In this document: positions 1 through 9,377 of the stretch, piece by piece
Layout: each line of letters starts with the position of its first letter
Position numbering within the stretch: position 1 is the stretch's first letter
Assembly: GCA_965223905.1 (NCBI GenBank)
Contig: CBDCXV010000011.1
Coordinates: 192,001-256,000 of the forward strand
Source of the DNA: Candidatus Latescibacterota bacterium
Lineage (GTDB): Bacteria; Latescibacterota; UBA2968; UBA8231
DNA length: 64,000 nucleotides
Reading direction: 5' to 3'
Notes under the pieces: model-generated
What the model was told of the DNA's origin: nothing
Database searches by the model: none
What the model saw: only the letters and a program-made list of their open reading frames with translations
Made by a program: the position numbers and the translations under genes

Positions 1-282
1 GGCACCCGCCGGCAGAAGAGGGTGGAAGTAATGGTTACTCTGGTAGACTGGCAGGCGGACTTCGACTACGAGCGCATCGGGATCGACGACAAGGGGAAGT
101 TCATCCTCGGGGTCGAAGTTCCAGAGATTACGGTGCCCATCTTCCCCGGGAAAAACATCACCGTGATAGCCGAAGCCATAGCTTTCAACTACCTGCTGCG
201 TCTCGACGGCTATAACGCCGCCCTGGAGTTCAACAAGCGGCTGATCAGAAGGATGCAGCGCAAGAAGCGTGGCGATTCCTGA
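1..282 (+). CDS. hprK: HPr(Ser) kinase/phosphorylase, C-terminal part (5'-truncated by window edge)
   Basis: Frame is open from base 1. 'YERIG...ILGVEVPEITVPIFPGKNITVIAEAIAFNYLLRLDGYNAALEFNKRL' matches the HprK C-terminal pattern. Confidence 0.9.
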   Translation, partial: GTRRQKRVEVMVTLVDWQADFDYERIGIDDKGKFILGVEVPEITVPIFPGKNITVIAEAIAFNYLLRLDGYNAALEFNKRLIRRMQRKKRGDS

Positions 283-410
283 ACATGCCCGCCTCCTACG
301 GTGCGCGTTGATCTCACCTGGGTACCAGGATATCTTCCAAAAGTCATCCGGGCTTTCAGCTACTCCCCCCGAAATTCGGCTCGCAGACCTTCATTTCCCA
401 GAGCAGGTCG

Positions 411-1307
411 ATGCCCCACCCGGTGTTCGAACTGGCGATCGTCGGTTCGGATCGCATCGCCGAGCACGAAACAGCGATTCGTAAGCAGCGGCATCTGCGG
501 CTGTCCACCCGCGGTGGGGAATCCTCCCCTGACCGGATATCGAGCCCCGGGACGTTTGGAGATTTCGATTTCAATGCCGATATCCGGGGGGTTGTCGTCT
601 GCACACCGGCTTCCGAAAGGGAGTACTGGGCTCTCGAGAGCGCTCGGGCCAACAAGCCTGTCCTCGTCGACGGGCAGCTGGCCGGATCGTCGGCGGGACT
701 GCAGGAATTGCGGCGCCTCGACCAGCGCATGGGAGAGCTGGTCCTCATGGCCTCGCCCGTTCTGGCAGCCGACATCGCAACCGACCTGCTGGCAGCACGC
801 TGCCACATCGGGCGCTGCCTGTACATGGATCTCCACATGAGCATACCGAAGGAGACCCTGCCGTCGACGCGCTCTGGCGTCTCCTTCCTCGGTGCAACCG
901 AGCTTCTCCTGCTGAGCGAGCGTTTCGCCGGACCTGTCGATTCGGTCCACGCCCGTAGCCGCAGCCTGCTGACCAACCGGCCCAGCGAAGACGCGGTCTG
1001 GGCAATGCTTCGTTTCGTCAACGGCGTCGAGGCGGTGCTTCAGGTGCGCGGACTCGACTCAACGGAACGAGTGACAATCACTGTCCATGGAAGTGAGGGT
1101 ACCTTGGAGCTGACGACCAGCCTCTCGCGGCAGACCGAGGCAATCCGGGACAGGCAGTACGAAAATCTGGTGCAGGTCCTGACGGGACGCGGCAGACCGG
1201 CGTGCGGAGTCGGGGACATCTACCGCTGCCTGTTCCTGGGCACCTGGCTGGAGCAGTCGGCCAAGCAGGACCGGGAGCTCTTCAGCTCCGACGTGAGAGT
1301 GGAGTGA
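411..1307 (+). CDS. Gfo/Idh/MocA-fold oxidoreductase-like protein (degenerate motifs)
   Basis: Rossmann-like start LAIVGSDRIA, 'VVVCTP...ANKPVLVD', and C-terminal 'EDAVWAMLRFVNGV...VHGSEGTL' are typical of the family. Confidence 0.7.
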   Translation: MPHPVFELAIVGSDRIAEHETAIRKQRHLRLSTRGGESSPDRISSPGTFGDFDFNADIRGVVVCTPASEREYWALESARANKPVLVDGQLAGSSAGLQELRRLDQRMGELVLMASPVLAADIATDLLAARCHIGRCLYMDLHMSIPKETLPSTRSGVSFLGATELLLLSERFAGPVDSVHARSRSLLTNRPSEDAVWAMLRFVNGVEAVLQVRGLDSTERVTITVHGSEGTLELTTSLSRQTEAIRDRQYENLVQVLTGRGRPACGVGDIYRCLFLGTWLEQSAKQDRELFSSDVRVE

Positions 1308-1311
1308 GCCG

Positions 1312-1932
1312 ATGCTGGAGCGCGAACCGAAAGTTGGACCTTCTTCCCGGCCGGACTCGGAGACTCCGGCCATAGGGCCGGTCAGGTTGGCCCTGATGCT
1401 GGCCTCCGGTCTTATGGCCGTGCTCGTTATGATCAACGCACTGGGTGGGGAAGCGACCCCGGTGGACGAGGATCGTTTCCTCGAGCTCTCTCAGGCGGGA
1501 GTGGTGGAAAGTATCGTCATCCAGGGGCCAGCGAGTCTGACCGCGGAGCTGCGCAGCGCCGTTAATTTGCGCGATGCAGGTGACCCGCGCGCTCCCGAGT
1601 ACGTCGAAAACCAGGGAGGAACGGCCGCCAGCTCTGTCTTTGTCGAGTTCAGCCAGCCGATCTCTGCAGCGCAGCGGCAGGTGTGGGGCAAGCTCGGGAT
1701 TTCCGTAAGGGAAGGGGAGCCGGGTACGCACCGCAAGACCGGACTGTGGGCAGCCGTCGTGTTCGGCATGCTCGGGCTGGGGATCTGGCACCTGGTCGCC
1801 CAGGCACGCAACAATCTCCGCTTCGGCAGTCCTCGACAGATGCTGCAGGAAGTAGAAAGCCAGTTCCGCGAAGGACTGATCTCTAGAGAGGAGCGCGACC
1901 TCAAGGTGGAGGAAATCTCCGCGCGCCTGTAA
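1312..1932 (+). CDS. Two-TM membrane protein with FtsH-periplasmic-like domain and SHOCT-like C-terminus
   Basis: TM1, then 'FLELSQAGVVESIVI', TM2 'GLWAAVVFGMLGLGIW', and tail 'FREGLISREERDLKVEEI'. Confidence 0.55.
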   Translation: MLEREPKVGPSSRPDSETPAIGPVRLALMLASGLMAVLVMINALGGEATPVDEDRFLELSQAGVVESIVIQGPASLTAELRSAVNLRDAGDPRAPEYVENQGGTAASSVFVEFSQPISAAQRQVWGKLGISVREGEPGTHRKTGLWAAVVFGMLGLGIWHLVAQARNNLRFGSPRQMLQEVESQFREGLISREERDLKVEEISARL

Positions 1933-1953
1933 CTCCGGTAAGCCCCCGAAACC

Positions 1954-3768
1954 ATGAGTGCGACCATACACAGACTGTCCGAAAACGTAATCGGCAAGAT
2001 CGCCGCGGGAGAGGTGATCGAAAGACCGGCCTCAGCGGTCAAGGAACTGGTCGAGAACTCTCTCGATGCGGGCGCGGAACGCATCTACGTCGACATCGCT
2101 GCCGGGGGCAGGCAGCTGATCCGCGTGGCCGACGACGGCGCCGGGATGACCGCCGAGGACGCCTGCCTGTCGGTGGAGCGCCACGCCACCAGCAAGATGC
2201 AGAGTCCCAGTGACCTGTTCGCCATCGACACACTGGGATTTCGAGGGGAGGCCTTGGCCAGCATCGCCGCGGTTTCCCGGGTGACCATCGAAACCTGCAA
2301 TGGGGGAGAGGGAGAAGGCACCCGAATCGAGGTGGAAGGTGGAATCCGTACTCATCTCGGTGCCATCGCCAGGGACAGCGGCACTACGGTCAGTGCACGC
2401 AGCCTGTTCTTCAACACCCCGGCGCGTCGAAAATTCCTCCGTCACATGGACACCGAAGCCCGTTACATCACCCTGTGTGTCTCCCAGTTGGCCGTCGCCT
2501 ATCCTGAGGTGGCGTTCCGCGTGACCCACAACGACCGCGTGACCCTCGACCTCCACTCCGGTGACCGCGCGAAGCGCGTCTCGGAGGTGGTTGCGGTCGA
2601 CCCGGCGCTCCTACTGCACGCAGCCTCAAATATCGATGCGGGAGCGGCCGGTCGAATCTCGGTAGAGGTGCTGGCAGGATCCCCGCAAATATGTCAGCGC
2701 AGTCGCACCCGGCAGTACGCGACAGTCCGCCAGCGGCCTGTTTACCACCGGAAATTGAACTCCGCGGTATACGAAGCTTACGGCAGCCTGTTGCCCCACA
2801 ATGCGCACCCGGTTTTTGCGCTCTGGCTCGATATCGATCCCAGGACCGTCGACGTAAACGTCCATCCCACCAAGAAAGAGGTCCACTTCTCCTCGGAAGG
2901 GGATCTCGTCAAAGCAGTGCAATCTATTGTGCGACAGGCACTAGACGTTCCTGAGGCAAGCGCGTTCAGAGCTTCTTCCGGAATCGGCTCGACGGGGGAG
3001 AGACCTGCTTACGGGACATCTACCGGGGCAGCGGGCCACGGCAGGGTCCTGGAGACTCCCGCCGAGCCGTTCGGTCCGGAACACGATACCAACCTCGATC
3101 AGCTGTCACTTTCCCTGTTGCCACCGGTCAGGTTGGGGACCGCTGAAAGTGCTGGTCAACCTCTGACGGGGCAGGAGATTGACCAGCTGTCATCGGACGC
3201 AGAGTCAGCGCCGATTTGGCAGATCCACAACAAGTACATCGCGCTGCCGACCTCGGACGGCATCGCCATAGTCGATCAGCACGTCGCCCACGAACGCATC
3301 CGTTTCGAGGAGGTGCTGGAGGAGCTCGACCGGGAGCAGGGAACCTCCCAGCAGCTGTTGTTGCCTCTGACGCTCGACCTGTCACCCGTAGAGATGATTG
3401 CTTTTCAGGATGCTCGCGGCTTGTTCGAAAAAATCGGCTTTGGAGCACGTGAATTCGGTCCTACCAGCCTGATAGTGGATTCCATCCCTGGCGAACTCAG
3501 GAATTGGGGTGACGGCGCAGTATTTCAGGAGATCATCAGCGACCTGATCGAGGAGAACGAGACTCGTTCGACGACAGGGCAAGCCCTTGCGGCATCGATG
3601 GCTTGCCACACTTCAATTCGGGCAGGAGAACGCCTGAACCAGGAAGAGATGCGGACCCTCGTTCAGCGATTGCTCAAGGCGCGTGAGCCTTTTGCCTGTC
3701 CTCACGGAAGACCCATAATAATCCGGATTCCCCTCAGTAATCTCGACAGGCTGTTCGGTCGCACCTGA
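1954..3768 (+). CDS. mutL: DNA mismatch repair endonuclease MutL
   Basis: IAAGEVIERPASAVKELVENSLDAGA, GFRGEAL, VDVNVHPTK, endonuclease motif DQHVAHERIRFE, CPHGRP. Confidence 0.97.
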   Translation: MSATIHRLSENVIGKIAAGEVIERPASAVKELVENSLDAGAERIYVDIAAGGRQLIRVADDGAGMTAEDACLSVERHATSKMQSPSDLFAIDTLGFRGEALASIAAVSRVTIETCNGGEGEGTRIEVEGGIRTHLGAIARDSGTTVSARSLFFNTPARRKFLRHMDTEARYITLCVSQLAVAYPEVAFRVTHNDRVTLDLHSGDRAKRVSEVVAVDPALLLHAASNIDAGAAGRISVEVLAGSPQICQRSRTRQYATVRQRPVYHRKLNSAVYEAYGSLLPHNAHPVFALWLDIDPRTVDVNVHPTKKEVHFSSEGDLVKAVQSIVRQALDVPEASAFRASSGIGSTGERPAYGTSTGAAGHGRVLETPAEPFGPEHDTNLDQLSLSLLPPVRLGTAESAGQPLTGQEIDQLSSDAESAPIWQIHNKYIALPTSDGIAIVDQHVAHERIRFEEVLEELDREQGTSQQLLLPLTLDLSPVEMIAFQDARGLFEKIGFGAREFGPTSLIVDSIPGELRNWGDGAVFQEIISDLIEENETRSTTGQALAASMACHTSIRAGERLNQEEMRTLVQRLLKAREPFACPHGRPIIIRIPLSNLDRLFGRT

Positions 3769-3782
3769 ACAGCCGGAATATG

Positions 3783-3845
3783 TAAATCCCTTGGGATTTA
3801 GTGAGGATTTGTTCGGAATTTCCAGAACACCCTGTTCTGCGGAAT
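3783..3845. terminator. Two palindromes between convergent mutL and recombinase genes; possible terminator or binding sites
   Basis: TAAATCCC-TT-GGGATTTA (3783-3800) and CAGAACA-CCC-TGTTCTG (3823-3839). Confidence 0.35.
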
Positions 3846-3873
3846 ATCAACTGTTCCTTGGGACCTCGACCGG

Positions 3874-4800
3874 TCAGGAACCGTAACGGATTCTCGCTAC
3901 GGCGCCGCGCGCTGCCAACTGGCCGCGCGCATAGTGACCGGGCATTTGCGGCGATGTCCAACGGCCGGCAGTCTGCATCTCCGCAATCGAAGCGCCTCCC
4001 GCAGCAAGAGACTGGGCGCCACCTACCCGTAGGGAGTGACCTGAGACATTTCCCTCGATTCCCGCCGCGGCACACCGGTGCTTGATGATATTCCGGACTG
4101 ATACGGTGCTCAAGGCATGTCTTCCAATCCGGTCGCCGCGGTGAAGACGCCTGAAAACGGCCCCCTCGTCAATCCCGGCTGCATCCATCCAGGTCTTGAT
4201 TCTCCATGCGGTCGGCGCGCCAAGGAACACAACGACCCCGGCTCCTTCCTGGTCGGTTTTCGATTGGCTTATCGTTAGCCGGGCGGATCCGTCGCTTTCA
4301 AAGAAGATGTCCGCCACCTGGACAGCGGAGATCTCCGAAACGCGGAGTAGACCGTCCGAAGCGACCGCCACCAGGGCGGAGTCTCTCAAACCGGCCAACG
4401 AGCCATCGGAAGCTACTGCCGCGGCGGCGTCAGCCTGGGCAAACTGGACACCCTGCACCTGACCCCGTCCGCGGCCCTTTCCCGCGCGACGAATTCCTCC
4501 CAACACTCTGTCCGTGGCCGGACCGGATGGGGAAGTCCCACCTTGCAACTTCGCACGGAACTTGACCGCAGCGACTACCTGGGAGCAGGTCGCCGGAGAC
4601 TTTCCTGCGGCGTGCAAGCCCGCGATATAGTCGGCAAGCAATCCGTCCGTCAAAGGATGGCCGGCAAGGTGCCTGTCGATCCTCCTCAACGCGTGCTGGT
4701 AAGCCCGGCGGGTGTTCTCGGAAACGCTGGCCATGACCAAATCCCGCACTGTCCCGGAATTGGCAAGCCCTTGAGGGGATTCTGTTGTAGTCAGTTCCAT
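3874..4800 (-). CDS. Cre-like tyrosine recombinase (SAM-like N-domain plus catalytic domain)
   Basis: Complete catalytic set: R (LLRVSE), K (SKTDQEG), HxxR (GHSLR), W (GRW), Y (HYAR). N-terminal 'SENTRRAY' and 'SPATCSQ' helices. Confidence 0.92.
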   Translation of the reverse strand: MELTTTESPQGLANSGTVRDLVMASVSENTRRAYQHALRRIDRHLAGHPLTDGLLADYIAGLHAAGKSPATCSQVVAAVKFRAKLQGGTSPSGPATDRVLGGIRRAGKGRGRGQVQGVQFAQADAAAAVASDGSLAGLRDSALVAVASDGLLRVSEISAVQVADIFFESDGSARLTISQSKTDQEGAGVVVFLGAPTAWRIKTWMDAAGIDEGAVFRRLHRGDRIGRHALSTVSVRNIIKHRCAAAGIEGNVSGHSLRVGGAQSLAAGGASIAEMQTAGRWTSPQMPGHYARGQLAARGAVARIRYGS

Positions 4801-4816
4801 TGCATTTCTGGTTGAA

Positions 4817-4850
4817 ATTACTTTTGTTAACTGTAATTATACAAAGTTTA
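4817..4850. promoter_or_regulatory. Candidate lox-like recombination/operator site (13-8-13)
   Basis: ATTACTTTTGTTA-ACTGTAAT-TATACAAAGTTTA. The arms match loxP arms at 8/13 and 10/13. It lies 17 bp upstream of the recombinase ATG. Confidence 0.45.
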
Positions 4851-4864
4851 TTTCCAGGAGTCAA
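4836..4864 (-). promoter_or_regulatory. Sigma70 promoter of the recombinase gene
   Basis: Minus strand TTGACT (4864-4859), 17-bp spacer, TATAAT (4841-4836). Confidence 0.75.
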
Positions 4865-4974
4865 GCAAGGGGTGTCTTGGCGGGCTGTTCACCAGCCGAG
4901 GCGAGATTTGTTTACAAAATAATTTTTACAGGTAATTCTTTTTCAGAAAATCGGACACCCCAAATCAGCCAGGA

Positions 4975-7905
4975 TCAGACTACGATATTGAAAATTCTTC
5001 CCGGGACGTACACAAACCGCCTGGGCCCCCTTGAATCCGGAAGGTAGCGGCGCACGTTGTCAAGCTCGAGGATCAACTCTCTTGCCTCGTCTTCGGTAAT
5101 CCCGGCAGGAACTTCAACGCTCGCCCTAACCTTGCCGTTGACCTGCACAGGCAAGATAACGGTCTCCTCGACCATCAGATCTGTCTGGGGCCGCGGCCAT
5201 TCCTGGACCGAGAGATTCCCGTCGCCGAAACCCCAGATGCTCCACAGCTCCTCTCCAAGGTGAGGGGCGAAGGGTGAGAGCATCAGAATAAGGGAACGCG
5301 CCATCTCGTCCGAAACAGCCTCCTTTTTTACCAGGTCGTTGTTGAGCTCGATCAAGGCCGCGATGGCGGTGTTGAGCCGCAGTCCCTCGATATCATCCGT
5401 CACCTTGGAGATCGTCCGGTGAAGCTTCTTGCGCAACGCGACGTCTTCCTCTTGTCCCGAAGGCATCCTTCTGGCCCTTCCCTCCTGAGAAACCAGGTTG
5501 CGCCACACGCGCTGCAGAAAGCGCTGCATTCCGCGTATTCCCTCCATGCTCCACGGCGTGCTCTGCTCGAGGGGCCCCATGTACATCTCGTACAGGCGCA
5601 GGGTGTCGACGCCGTACTCCTCCCCAACCTCCTCCGGGGGCAGCCCGTTCTTGTAGCGCTTCCCCATCTTGCCGCCGGAACGGGTCAGGGGCTCTCCCGT
5701 CCGCGAGTGGAAGGGCTTGCCATCGCGCAGCTCGACCTCGCGGATGTCGATGTAGACGCCGCGGGCGTCGGTGAAAGCATCGGCCGTTATCATTCCCTGA
5801 TTGAACAGCTTCTTGAACGGCTCGGGTGAGGAGACGTGCCCCAGGTCGAACAGCACCTTGTGCCAGAACCGGGAATACAGAAGGTGGAGCACCCCGTGCT
5901 CGGCGCCGCCGATGTAGAGATCGACCGGCATGAAATGCCGCTCCTTGTCAGCGTCGCAGAAAGCCTCTGGGTTGGCGGGATCGATAAAGCGCACGAAGTA
6001 CCAGCAGGATCCCGCCCACTGGGGCATAACGTTCAGTTCCCTCTCGCATTCGATTTCATTTAGGGAGACCACCCGCCAGTCGTCGCCGGCTCGCCCCAGA
6101 GGCAGCGAAACCGGAGTGTCGGGATCATCCGAGGTTTGCGGACGGAAGTCCTCCATCTCTGGGAGCAGGACAGGCAGGTCGGTAGCGACCGAATAACCCT
6201 CGGGGGTGGTAGCCAGCGGGAAGGGTTCTCCCCAGTACCTTTGCCTGGAAAAGATCCAGTCGCGCAGCTTGTAGCGAACCGCAAATCGTCCCACGCCAGC
6301 GCTTTCCAGTGCGGAGGTGATTGCTGCCTTTGCCCGGGCCGTCGACAGGCCTGTGATGGAGAAGTCGCTACCGCCATCGGCGGACGAATTGATGCTGGTG
6401 CCATCGGCGGTGAAGCACTCCCCCGCTTCCACCCGGGCGGTCTCCGGCGCCTGGACGACTTGGATCACCTCGAGATCGTATTTGCTCGCAAAATCGAAAT
6501 CGCGGTCGTCGTGCGCGGGAACCGCCATAATGGCGCCGGTTCCGTATTCCATCGAGACATAGTCGGCGACAAAAACCGGAATGACAGTGCCGCTGGCCGG
6601 GTTGCGGGCCCATATCCCTGTGAAAATCCCCGACTTCTCCCGCTCGTCGATTTCCCTTGAAACTTCAGTGACTCCCACCGCCGCGGCGACATAGTCGGCA
6701 ACTGCTTCCCGCGGTCCGGACGCCTCCCAGTTCTTCCAGCTTTCTCTCGTGCCTTCGGGCCAGTGTTCCGGAACGAGATACTCGGTACTGTCGGGATCGA
6801 GGAGCGGGTGGCCGGGAGCGACCACCATGAAGGTTGCCCCGAACAAGGTGTCGGGACGAGTCGTGAACACTTCCTGGCGCGACGCCGTTTCGCGGGATTC
6901 CGGCAGCAACAGGTCGAACAGAATTTCCGCCCCCTCGCTGCGCCCGATCCAGTTCCGCTGCATCAGCTTGATCGGTTCCGGCCAATCCAGGGCGTAGCGG
7001 CCGCCGCGTCCGTCGGGGAGGTCCGTTGAATCCAGATCGTGCAAAAGGCGATCGGCGTAGGCGGTGATACGCAGCATCCACTGCCTCAGCGGCCGCTTGT
7101 ACACTGGGAAATCGCCGATTTCGCTACGGCCCTCCCCGGTGACTTCCTCGTTGGCAAGGACCGTGCCCAGCCCAGGGCACCAGTTGACCGTCACCTCCCT
7201 CTGATACGCCAGCCGGTAGTTGTTTAACACCGCGGCCCGCTCCGGTTCCGTCAGCTGGGACCAGTCGGCAGGTGAACGGTCTCTGCGTTCCCCTCCCGGA
7301 AGTGAAACGAGGGTTTCGAGATCGCGGTCGGAGAGAGCACGCCGTCCATTGGCAAGTGCATCTTCCAGCTCCCGGATCGGCACTGCCTTTCCCTTGATCT
7401 CGCGACCTGCGGCGTCCGACTGAACCGCTTCCGGATCGAACCAGCAGTCGTAGAGCTGCAGAAAGATCCACTGGGTCCAGCGGTAGTAGTCCGAGTCCGA
7501 AGTCGCCAGCTCCCGATCCCAGTCGTAGGCCAGACCCAAGGCCTGAAGCTGTCCGCGCATGCGATCGATACATTCGCGTATCGCCGTGGACGGATGCACG
7601 TTGTTGGCGATCGCGTACTGCTCCGCAGGCAGGCCGAAGCTGTCGAATCCCATCGGGTGAAGAACGTTGAATCCCCGCATCCTCTTGAAGCGGCTGTAGA
7701 TGTCGCTGGCGATATAACCCTTGGGGTGGCCAATGTGGAGCCCGTCCCCGCTAGGATAAGGGAACATGTCGAGGACATAGCACTTGGGCCGGGAATCGGC
7801 GAATGGACTTTCCCCGGGACCGTGCGTCTTGAACGTCTTCTCCCTCAGCCAGCCCTGACGCCAGCGACGTTCAATCTCCTGAAACTGATAGCTTCCCCTC
7901 TTCAT
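4975..7905 (-). CDS. leuS: Leucine--tRNA ligase
   Basis: MFPYPSGDGLHIGH, FTTRPDT, YGTGAIMAVPAHD, LRDWIFSRQRYWG, VQVNGKVR. Start placed at MKRGSY (7905) because the longer ORF overlaps asnS. Confidence 0.97.
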   Translation of the reverse strand: MKRGSYQFQEIERRWRQGWLREKTFKTHGPGESPFADSRPKCYVLDMFPYPSGDGLHIGHPKGYIASDIYSRFKRMRGFNVLHPMGFDSFGLPAEQYAIANNVHPSTAIRECIDRMRGQLQALGLAYDWDRELATSDSDYYRWTQWIFLQLYDCWFDPEAVQSDAAGREIKGKAVPIRELEDALANGRRALSDRDLETLVSLPGGERRDRSPADWSQLTEPERAAVLNNYRLAYQREVTVNWCPGLGTVLANEEVTGEGRSEIGDFPVYKRPLRQWMLRITAYADRLLHDLDSTDLPDGRGGRYALDWPEPIKLMQRNWIGRSEGAEILFDLLLPESRETASRQEVFTTRPDTLFGATFMVVAPGHPLLDPDSTEYLVPEHWPEGTRESWKNWEASGPREAVADYVAAAVGVTEVSREIDEREKSGIFTGIWARNPASGTVIPVFVADYVSMEYGTGAIMAVPAHDDRDFDFASKYDLEVIQVVQAPETARVEAGECFTADGTSINSSADGGSDFSITGLSTARAKAAITSALESAGVGRFAVRYKLRDWIFSRQRYWGEPFPLATTPEGYSVATDLPVLLPEMEDFRPQTSDDPDTPVSLPLGRAGDDWRVVSLNEIECERELNVMPQWAGSCWYFVRFIDPANPEAFCDADKERHFMPVDLYIGGAEHGVLHLLYSRFWHKVLFDLGHVSSPEPFKKLFNQGMITADAFTDARGVYIDIREVELRDGKPFHSRTGEPLTRSGGKMGKRYKNGLPPEEVGEEYGVDTLRLYEMYMGPLEQSTPWSMEGIRGMQRFLQRVWRNLVSQEGRARRMPSGQEEDVALRKKLHRTISKVTDDIEGLRLNTAIAALIELNNDLVKKEAVSDEMARSLILMLSPFAPHLGEELWSIWGFGDGNLSVQEWPRPQTDLMVEETVILPVQVNGKVRASVEVPAGITEDEARELILELDNVRRYLPDSRGPRRFVYVPGRIFNIVV

Positions 7906-7952
7906 CTCTGTTGTCTTCAAGGTCGTTGTCTCGTCCGATTTGACGGACCTGC

Positions 7953-9242
7953 TCAAGGATACAGCCGCTGCAGCATCCGAGGAAACGGTATGGTCTCGCG
8001 CACGTGCCTGATCCCACAAAGCCACCCTACTACACGTTCTATCCCCATCCCGAAACCGGAGTGCGGCACGGAACCGAATCGGCGCAGGTCGAGATACCAC
8101 TCGAAGGCCGCTCGCGGCAGGCCGTGTTCTTCGAGACGCTCCTCGAGGACCGGGAGATCATCTTCGCGCTGGCCGCCGCCGATGATCTCCCCGTATCCCT
8201 CGGGAGCCAGCATGTCGACGCAGAGAGCGAGCTCGTCTTTCTCCGGATCTCGCTTCATGTAAAATGCTTTAACCTCCGCAGGGTAGCGATGCACGAGGAC
8301 CGGTGAAGTGAACTGTTCCGAAAGAAGGGTTTCGTCGTCTCCGCCCAGATCGGCTCCCCACTCGATATCGCTGCCATTGTTCCGAAGGGTTACGACCGCC
8401 TCGTCGTAGGTCATGCGTGGGAACGGCTTCGACACCGCTTCCAGGGGGGCGAGGTCACGCTCCAGCACGGCGAGTTCGTCACCGCCCTGTTCGAGTACCC
8501 GCTGGACAACGAAACAGAGGAGGTCTTCCGCCACCTGCATGTTGCCGTCGAGGTCGCAGTAGGCGATCTCCGGCTCCATCATCCAGAACTCCGTCAGGTG
8601 TCGCCGCGTCTTCGATTTCTCCGCCCGAAAGGTCGGTCCCAGACAGTAGACCTTTCCGAAGGCCATAGCCGCAGCTTCCATATACAGCTGACCGCTCTGG
8701 GTAAGGAAGGCAGTGTCCCCGAAATAGTCGGTCTCGAAAAGCGTGGTGGTTCCCTCGCAGGCAGCAGGAGTCAGAATCGGGGCATCGATCAGGATGAACC
8801 CCTCCCGAGCCATGAAGTCACGGCAGGCCTGGATGACGTAGCTGCGGATTCTCAGCGTAGCGTGTGGGCGCGAGGAGCGCAGCCAGAGGTGCCTGTTCTC
8901 CATCAGGAAGGACACCCCGTGTTCCTTCGGTGAAATCGGGTATTCGGCGGCCTTGTGAACCGCTTCGATCGAGGAGACCCCCAGTTCGTAGCCGAGCGGG
9001 GAACGCTCATCCTGGCGCACCACCCCCCTGACGATAATCGCTGACTCCTGGGGCAGGTTTCCGGCGCGTTCGAACACCTCCACCCCGACATCCCCCTTGA
9101 ACAGTACACACTGGATGAGACCGGTCCCGTCCCTGACCTGAAGAAAGTGGAGCCTGCCGCTCGACCGCTTGTTGTAGAGCCATCCCCTCAGCTCGACTTC
9201 GCGGCCATCGACGGCGATGTCCCGTATTTCTACTCGTTCCAT
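7953..9242 (-). CDS. asnS: Asparagine--tRNA ligase
   Basis: [53 protein letters not shown]. Confidence 0.96.
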   Translation of the reverse strand: MERVEIRDIAVDGREVELRGWLYNKRSSGRLHFLQVRDGTGLIQCVLFKGDVGVEVFERAGNLPQESAIIVRGVVRQDERSPLGYELGVSSIEAVHKAAEYPISPKEHGVSFLMENRHLWLRSSRPHATLRIRSYVIQACRDFMAREGFILIDAPILTPAACEGTTTLFETDYFGDTAFLTQSGQLYMEAAAMAFGKVYCLGPTFRAEKSKTRRHLTEFWMMEPEIAYCDLDGNMQVAEDLLCFVVQRVLEQGGDELAVLERDLAPLEAVSKPFPRMTYDEAVVTLRNNGSDIEWGADLGGDDETLLSEQFTSPVLVHRYPAEVKAFYMKRDPEKDELALCVDMLAPEGYGEIIGGGQREDDLPVLEERLEEHGLPRAAFEWYLDLRRFGSVPHSGFGMGIERVVGWLCGIRHVRETIPFPRMLQRLYP

Positions 9243-9377
9243 AACTTCCGGAAGGACCGTTTGTTCAGTCTGCCCCGCTGCGGGGCGTCTACAACCAAAA
9301 GACTACCGAACAGAAAGCCTGCGCGGTAGTCTTTTTCAGTTGCCCGTGGGCAAGTGGCTATGTTTCCCCGGACCTGA

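Noticed and set aside
269-484. ORF possibly forming a frameshifted N-terminus of the Gfo/Idh/MocA gene
   Set aside because: The 411 ORF already begins with its own Rossmann-like strand, so no frameshift is needed.
4856-4866. 11-bp match (AGGAGTCAAGC) to the reverse complement of the MITE left end
   Set aside because: Short, explained by the TTGACT -35 box, and the rest of the IR is absent.
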